Origin: an uncultured virus (IMG/VR IMGVR_UViG_3300035183_000083) | Taxonomy: Duplodnaviria > Heunggongvirae > Uroviricota > Caudoviricetes | DNA: 37,902 nt | Direction: 5' to 3' (one strand) | Virus record (IMG/VR): IMGVR_UViG_3300035183_000083 | Notes under the pieces: model-generated | Seen by the model: the letters and a program-made list of their open reading frames with translations, nothing else | Database searches by the model: none | What the model was told of the DNA's origin: nothing | Program-made: the position numbers and the translations under genes | In this document: piece after piece, positions 33,085 to 37,902 of the stretch | Numbering within the stretch: position 1 is the first letter of the stretch | Layout: each line of letters starts with the position of its first letter

Positions 33085-34363
33085 ATGACCTTCACAAACA
33101 ACCGTGTTTAGGCTTTTCAAGGTCCTATAGACCTACTTAAATGGTCCTAAGGACCGGGACTCTTTTGGGTTCCGTCAGGTCATCTTCTCCGCCCTAGCGC
33201 CATAAACCAAGGTGATACAATTCTATTCCATAAGCAACCAAGTCCTGTTTCTTCTGTGGCTCCTCCTACACCGGCTATGCCTAGCCTCCAAGCATGGTAT
33301 AGTTATGATAATCGAGGCATTCTACTCGATCAAACAACGGGTGCTATCCAGCCATTAGCTGCCTTTCCTTTCGCTACGACCTTGAAATATAGATTTGGTC
33401 ACGCTAAGAATTGGCAAGGAAATTCAGTCGCTCTGTATGCAGATGACTCAGAGGCAATCAGATCATTTTACTCCAATGGCGTATCAGGCACATCCTGGAT
33501 AGAGGACACCACAAGTATCTACCAGAGCCGATTAAACAAGCCTGGGATTTCTGGATTGCCGCTAGGCTACAGGTCTCAGCACTATTTGGACTACGGGGAG
33601 CAAGTCTTTTGTGGCCTTCTATGTGTAATGGACCCCAAGATCACGGATACGTAGGCCTTGCCTACTATACATCAACTAATGGGGCAGATTGAGCTTACGG
33701 TGGTAAGGTATTCCAAACCTCAGACACTATGACTTTTGAAGATCCTAGTGTGTACTATGGGTCAAGAAGGGGTAGATGGTTTACCTTTGACAATGTAACA
33801 ACCAATACAGTAGAACTAACCCCAGGTGACACCAGGTCTATCCTTGGTTATGTCAACACCAACCTTGTCCTCCATAATGACTTTATTCCTATTGTATCGG
33901 ATACTGTAGGTGGGGAACCTCCTGATTACCTAGGGCCTTTCGTTGTAGCTGGTAACTCTAGGTGTAATCTGTTCGGCCACCCTTATATGGGGACTATTTT
34001 CCGCTATGTGTCAGGTATGCAAGCCACAAGGCTTATACCAGAGTGGCGTGCCCATATCCCAGATGAAGACGGTATTTTTATTATAGCCGTCTTTTCTAAG
34101 AATGATGTGTTCTATCTTCTTTTTGAAAACGGTAATGCGTATACATCCACGGATGACGGTGAGAATTGGTCTCGTTTTGGCAATAATCATGACATGCGGC
34201 TCTATGGGCTCCTGAGTACTTTGGCTATAACTGCTCTACCAGCTTGTTTTACACACCAAGTTTTGACCTATCTATAGGTGTTGGGTGTAGATTTAAGCGC
34301 ACAGATACGCATAACGCTGTGGGTTCCATCCATTTCTTTAACTATCTTATGAACATGGTTTGA
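33085..34363 (+). pseudogene. Decayed Asp-box/beta-propeller (GH43- or sialidase-like) gene
   Basis: Reconstructable as one ~425-codon reading path. It has in-frame stops TAG 33109, TAA 33148 and TGA 33690, and frameshifts at the GGGG run 33595-33598 and near 34191-34202. Motifs: YYTSTNGAD*AYGG, FEDPSVYY, YTSTDDGENW and LWAPEYF. Confidence 0.65.
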
Positions 34364-34391
34364 CCGTTAAAGTTGGCTCTGGCGACAAACA

Positions 34392-34405
34392 CTAATTTTA
34401 TTAGG
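34392..34405 (+). promoter_or_regulatory. Candidate late-promoter motif (TAATTT class)
   Basis: CTAATTTTATTAGG about 30 nt before the tail sheath ATG; close match to 1508-1520. Confidence 0.5.
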
Positions 34406-34434
34406 TGGTTTAATACAACTGTGAGAGGCAACTT

Positions 34435-36114
34435 ATGACGAATTATGTATCCGCTGGTGTTTTCGTGAACGAAGATGACCAGTCTCAAATAGTGGAGCCA
34501 GCTTCCACATCTATCGGTGCCGTGGTTGGTTGGTCGACCAAAGGTCCCGTGGGTGTGAGAACTCTGGTAACCTCAGTCAAACAATTCTTGGAGTTGTTCG
34601 GCTATCCAGACCCTGCTATATCCTACATGCACTATGCGGCAATTGCATTCCTATCCCAATCTAGTCAGCTATACGTTACTAGAGTTGTGGAGAGTAATGC
34701 TCTTACGGCCGGAGCTTACTTGTCGGTAGATGACCCTAGTGCGCTCAGCCCTGTACTTAGCCTTAATGTGTTTGATGCAGGCGATCCATCTAACACCCCA
34801 ATGGGCGTCTTTAATCCGATGGCTAACCTAGGGTTTAACCCATCACAGTCCGGGATTGCCAATGTCCTGTGCTTCTTCTGTGCTGCCAACCCAGGAAAAT
34901 GGAATAACGACCTATACGTCCGTATTCGGCCGTCCATTAAACCGGGCTTTGTTACGCCCAATTCGGATTACGAAGATGTAACCGACTTTTATGTGGATGT
35001 GTTTATCAACTACACCAGTAGTTCCCAGACTCCTTTGGAATCTTTCCTGGTCAGCCGGGTTTACAAGACGGATGGGTTTGGTCACCAAATGTATTACGAA
35101 GAGGTGATCAACCAGCAGTCCAAATTGATCCGGGTTAAGCACAACCCGTACTGCACGACTACACCTATTAAGGTCTTGAGTACTGTTGGTGTTTATTTGG
35201 ACGGTGGGTCCAACGGTAATAGGGCTACTAATTCTTCGATTATCAATGGATGGGACCTATACGCAGATGCAGAACGAGTAGCTTGCAACATTTTGATTAA
35301 CGCGGGATATACGGATGTTGCAGTCCAGCAGGCCATGGACACTATTGCGACCAAGCGTAAGGATGCTATCGCAGTACTGGATGTACCATACGACCAACAG
35401 GAGCTGCAGGATGCTATCGACTTTCGTCGGTCTACTTTGAACATGGACACTAGCCGTAGTGCGCTATACAGCCCGGATCTCCTCATATGGGATGAATACA
35501 ATGATCGGCAGCTCTACGTGCCTCCATCCGGTCATGTAGCTGGGGCCTATGCTATGACCGACAAGACGGCAGAAGCTTGGTTCTCGCCAGCCGGTATGGT
35601 AAGAGGGGACCTCAACGTCAAAGGTGTGAGGGTCAAATATAACCAAGGAGCAAGAAACGCTCTCACCTCAGCGCAGGTCAACGCTATCCGAGTCATCCCT
35701 GGGTCGGGTTATAAGATTTGGGGTGATCTGACCTTGCAGTACAAAGCGAGTGCAACGTCGAATGTCAACGTTCGGAGGTTGATGAACTTTGTGGAATCCA
35801 GCTTGGCCTTCGCAATGCGGTATTCCACTTTTGAACCCAACGATAAGATCCTATGGGATCAACTGACGGAAATGTCCGAAAGATTCCTCAAGCCCATTAA
35901 AGGTGCTCGTGGTCTATACGACTTTTCGGTTGTATGTAACAGCAAGACCAACACTCCTGAGACCATCGCTAAAGGTCAGACCATCATCAATATATACTTT
36001 GACCCGGTTCTACCGGCCAAACGTATTCAGTTGAATGCTATTCTGACCAAGACTGGTGCCAACTTCTTTGAATTGGCTACAGAGCGGGCTAAACAGCTGG
36101 CTGGATCCATTTAA
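34435..36114 (+). CDS. Contractile tail sheath protein (T4 gp18-like)
   Basis: SAGVFVNEDDQS, KGPVG, YVPPSGHVAG, WFSPAGMVRG, IWGDLTL, NVNVRRL and FEPND motifs. Confidence 0.95.
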   Translation: MTNYVSAGVFVNEDDQSQIVEPASTSIGAVVGWSTKGPVGVRTLVTSVKQFLELFGYPDPAISYMHYAAIAFLSQSSQLYVTRVVESNALTAGAYLSVDDPSALSPVLSLNVFDAGDPSNTPMGVFNPMANLGFNPSQSGIANVLCFFCAANPGKWNNDLYVRIRPSIKPGFVTPNSDYEDVTDFYVDVFINYTSSSQTPLESFLVSRVYKTDGFGHQMYYEEVINQQSKLIRVKHNPYCTTTPIKVLSTVGVYLDGGSNGNRATNSSIINGWDLYADAERVACNILINAGYTDVAVQQAMDTIATKRKDAIAVLDVPYDQQELQDAIDFRRSTLNMDTSRSALYSPDLLIWDEYNDRQLYVPPSGHVAGAYAMTDKTAEAWFSPAGMVRGDLNVKGVRVKYNQGARNALTSAQVNAIRVIPGSGYKIWGDLTLQYKASATSNVNVRRLMNFVESSLAFAMRYSTFEPNDKILWDQLTEMSERFLKPIKGARGLYDFSVVCNSKTNTPETIAKGQTIINIYFDPVLPAKRIQLNAILTKTGANFFELATERAKQLAGSI

Positions 36115-36135
36115 CAAAAATAACATGAGGGCTTT

Positions 36136-36750
36136 ATGGTGGAAAACCAAGAGGCCCAGGTGCCCCATGCTTACCCGCAACAAGCCGAAGTTAACGGCGA
36201 GTTAAAGGCTAAGATTCAGCACCTGGTTGCTGCTTTTTCGGAAATCAAAGGGATTATACAAAGGATTGAAGACTCAGTAGGAGTCATTAGAATACTGGAA
36301 ATGCAGTATGAACACAACTTGGAAGAACTCCATAAGGTCCTCAAACAACTTGAAAAGTTTGGTGCAGACCTAGATACGGAAAGAAAGGTAAGTAAAGAGG
36401 GCTTTAATTCTATTAGGGAACTTGTGGCCGTCAAGGAGAAAGCTCTGTCGGACCGGATCCTAGTATTTGAAAACGTTACTACCGTTAACACCAAGATAGC
36501 TAGAGTCTCCATGAAGGCTTTAGCCGTCTTAGGATCTTTTCTGATAGGTATTACAACCTACGGTGGTAAAGTGGCTCTATCTGAATACCAGGAGCACATG
36601 AAGAAGATGGAATCGTTAGAGCTTAAGTTGAAGGACTATGAAGTAAAGGAACTCAAGAAAGATGCGGAATTAGAGTTACTGTACCAAGCCTTGAGGCTTG
36701 AAGGAGTAAACCTCGATGTCATAACCAGTCTAAGACAGCGGGAGAAATAA
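36136..36750 (+). CDS. Coiled-coil protein with one predicted transmembrane segment
   Basis: 204 aa: heptad-rich N-terminus, hydrophobic ALAVLGSFLIGITTYGG, then a second coiled coil. Confidence 0.7.
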   Translation: MVENQEAQVPHAYPQQAEVNGELKAKIQHLVAAFSEIKGIIQRIEDSVGVIRILEMQYEHNLEELHKVLKQLEKFGADLDTERKVSKEGFNSIRELVAVKEKALSDRILVFENVTTVNTKIARVSMKALAVLGSFLIGITTYGGKVALSEYQEHMKKMESLELKLKDYEVKELKKDAELELLYQALRLEGVNLDVITSLRQREK

Positions 36751-36752
36751 CC

Positions 36753-37874
36753 GTGACTTCCTGCATCCCAGCTTTGGACACTATGCTGAAGGACTTAGAA
36801 GACCTTCGCCAGTCCACAGCCAACATCGAAACAATTTTGAAAACGGAGGTTCTTCATAACGAGTATGTCTTGCAAACTATATCGTCTATGTTGGACTGCG
36901 GTATAATGATCCTTGACAGATGTGGGGTTATCAAGCTAATAAACGTAGCTGCTAGTGCTTTGCTAAAGGTAAGTGAAGTGGACGTGTTAGGTAAACACGC
37001 TTTAGACGTATTCCCTGCCATAGTAGAGGTTCTGAAGGAAGGGCGACAATGGATTGATGAAATGTCAGGAATTACTCTGGACTTATCTGTGTCCTACATT
37101 CCAGACCCGAGGGATTGCTACTGCGGCAACTCCAGTAACCATCCCATAGATAAAGCGTCAGCGTCCACCACTGTGATAATCCTTAGAGACTCTAAGTCTG
37201 GTTATCTGTACAATTCACCTCTGACAGCAGAGCCCTTCCACACAGAGTTGCTAAACCGACATCCTTCGGCAATCCTGTACATATCACCTAATGGTAGGCT
37301 ATTGAAGGCTTCAAAGGTAGCTGAAACCATGCTAAACCTATCTATTAGGTCGATCACGAACACCAACATCAGCCAAGTGTTCGGTGCACGGTCTGGTCAA
37401 GAAATCCTAGAGAAACAAGTGCCTTTCTTATGCTTACAACTTAGGGATGGAGGGCGGAAGGTATTTGTTCATAAGGCCCCCATTCAAGGAGATAGGAGTC
37501 TGATAGGATTTATACTGACTGTGCACGATCCAGAGAATACCCACGACAGAAATTTCCTCGATATGTTCGTCAGGTCCTTGCTAAACCTAGATAGCCCGGC
37601 TGCTCTAATCAGTTTACCGGATGATACTACGGTAGTGGTAAACGGACCTTTCTTACATACCTTTGGCTATGACGGATCAGTAATAGGCTGCCGGTGCACG
37701 TTCATAGAGCTGCCGGACCTTAGCTCCTGTGGAAAAGTTTGGAAAGGTAGCCTACCTGTTAAGTACCACTCGGGTGTTCGCAGGGAGTTTGCTTCGGACA
37801 TAACCTTGCTTACTAAGGATGTTGGGGCTCCACCCCAGTACGCTGTTGTTACCATAACCAGTGACCAATTTTAG
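36753..37874 (+). CDS. Protein of three tandem PAS-like domains with no output domain
   Basis: Three PAS-type starts: GIMILDRCGVIKLINVAASALLKVSEVDVLGK, AILYISPNGRLLKASKVAETML and AALISLPDDTTVVVNGPFLHTFGY. The protein stops right after the third; no kinase H-box or GGDEF motif. Confidence 0.78.
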   Translation: MTSCIPALDTMLKDLEDLRQSTANIETILKTEVLHNEYVLQTISSMLDCGIMILDRCGVIKLINVAASALLKVSEVDVLGKHALDVFPAIVEVLKEGRQWIDEMSGITLDLSVSYIPDPRDCYCGNSSNHPIDKASASTTVIILRDSKSGYLYNSPLTAEPFHTELLNRHPSAILYISPNGRLLKASKVAETMLNLSIRSITNTNISQVFGARSGQEILEKQVPFLCLQLRDGGRKVFVHKAPIQGDRSLIGFILTVHDPENTHDRNFLDMFVRSLLNLDSPAALISLPDDTTVVVNGPFLHTFGYDGSVIGCRCTFIELPDLSSCGKVWKGSLPVKYHSGVRREFASDITLLTKDVGAPPQYAVVTITSDQF

Positions 37875-37902
37875 TGGAGTCAGACCATAGCAAAGGGCGT
37901 CA

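Larger units (their letters stand above)
1..37902. mobile_element. Segment of a large myovirus (jumbo-phage-like) genome
   Basis: T4 gp18-like tail sheath, phage-type PolA, RuvC, HNH, SF2 helicases and folE/queD/queE. Genes are densely packed and co-oriented, with many unknowns. No host housekeeping genes or integrase are visible. Confidence 0.93.

Noticed and set aside
25171..33692. Genome-wide TGA reassignment to Trp, suggested by in-frame TGA at 25171 and 33690
   Set aside because: TGA acts as a normal stop at ATGA-type overlaps (6404, 27533) and at 30135 and 30544. Long genes use TGG for Trp with no internal TGA, and the 33 kb gene also has TAG, TAA and frameshift lesions.
33256..34277. 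Two independent small genes at 33256-33654 and 33729-34277
   Set aside because: They lack good RBSs and are better explained as fragments of one decayed beta-propeller gene.
37874..37902. Possible next gene starting at the GTG overlapping the PAS gene stop
   Set aside because: Only 9 codons are visible, which is not enough to support a call.

Overview
This window looks like part of a large (jumbo-type) contractile-tailed phage genome. It is gene-dense and almost entirely on the + strand, with no host housekeeping genes, rRNA, tRNA or CRISPR array visible. From memory, the gene content resembles the phiRSL1/Lu11/PaBG group; this was not checked by search. Left to right: (1) two minus-strand genes, a partial Cys-rich protein and a RuvC-like resolvase; (2) a late/structural block (1.5-20.3 kb) with putative neck/head proteins, several very Lys-rich histone-H1-like proteins, an HNH nuclease, a ~1900-aa SNF2-family ATPase and a protein consisting only of a peptidoglycan-binding domain; (3) a replication and DNA-modification block (20.3-33 kb) with a family A DNA polymerase carrying an N-terminal UDG-like domain, a DnaN-like sliding clamp, a UvsW-like helicase, and the 7-deazaguanine genes queE, folE and queD; (4) a decayed beta-propeller gene, the tail sheath gene, and a membrane coiled-coil protein followed by a triple-PAS protein with no output domain. 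The most notable hypotheses are a virion 'chromatin-like' module (basic proteins sharing an S-x-S-A leader, plus an SNF2 ATPase with an acidic tract), a PolA with a clamp-binding motif paired with its own clamp, two classes of phage promoter motif, and an output-less PAS sensor. All family calls come from reading motifs by eye.
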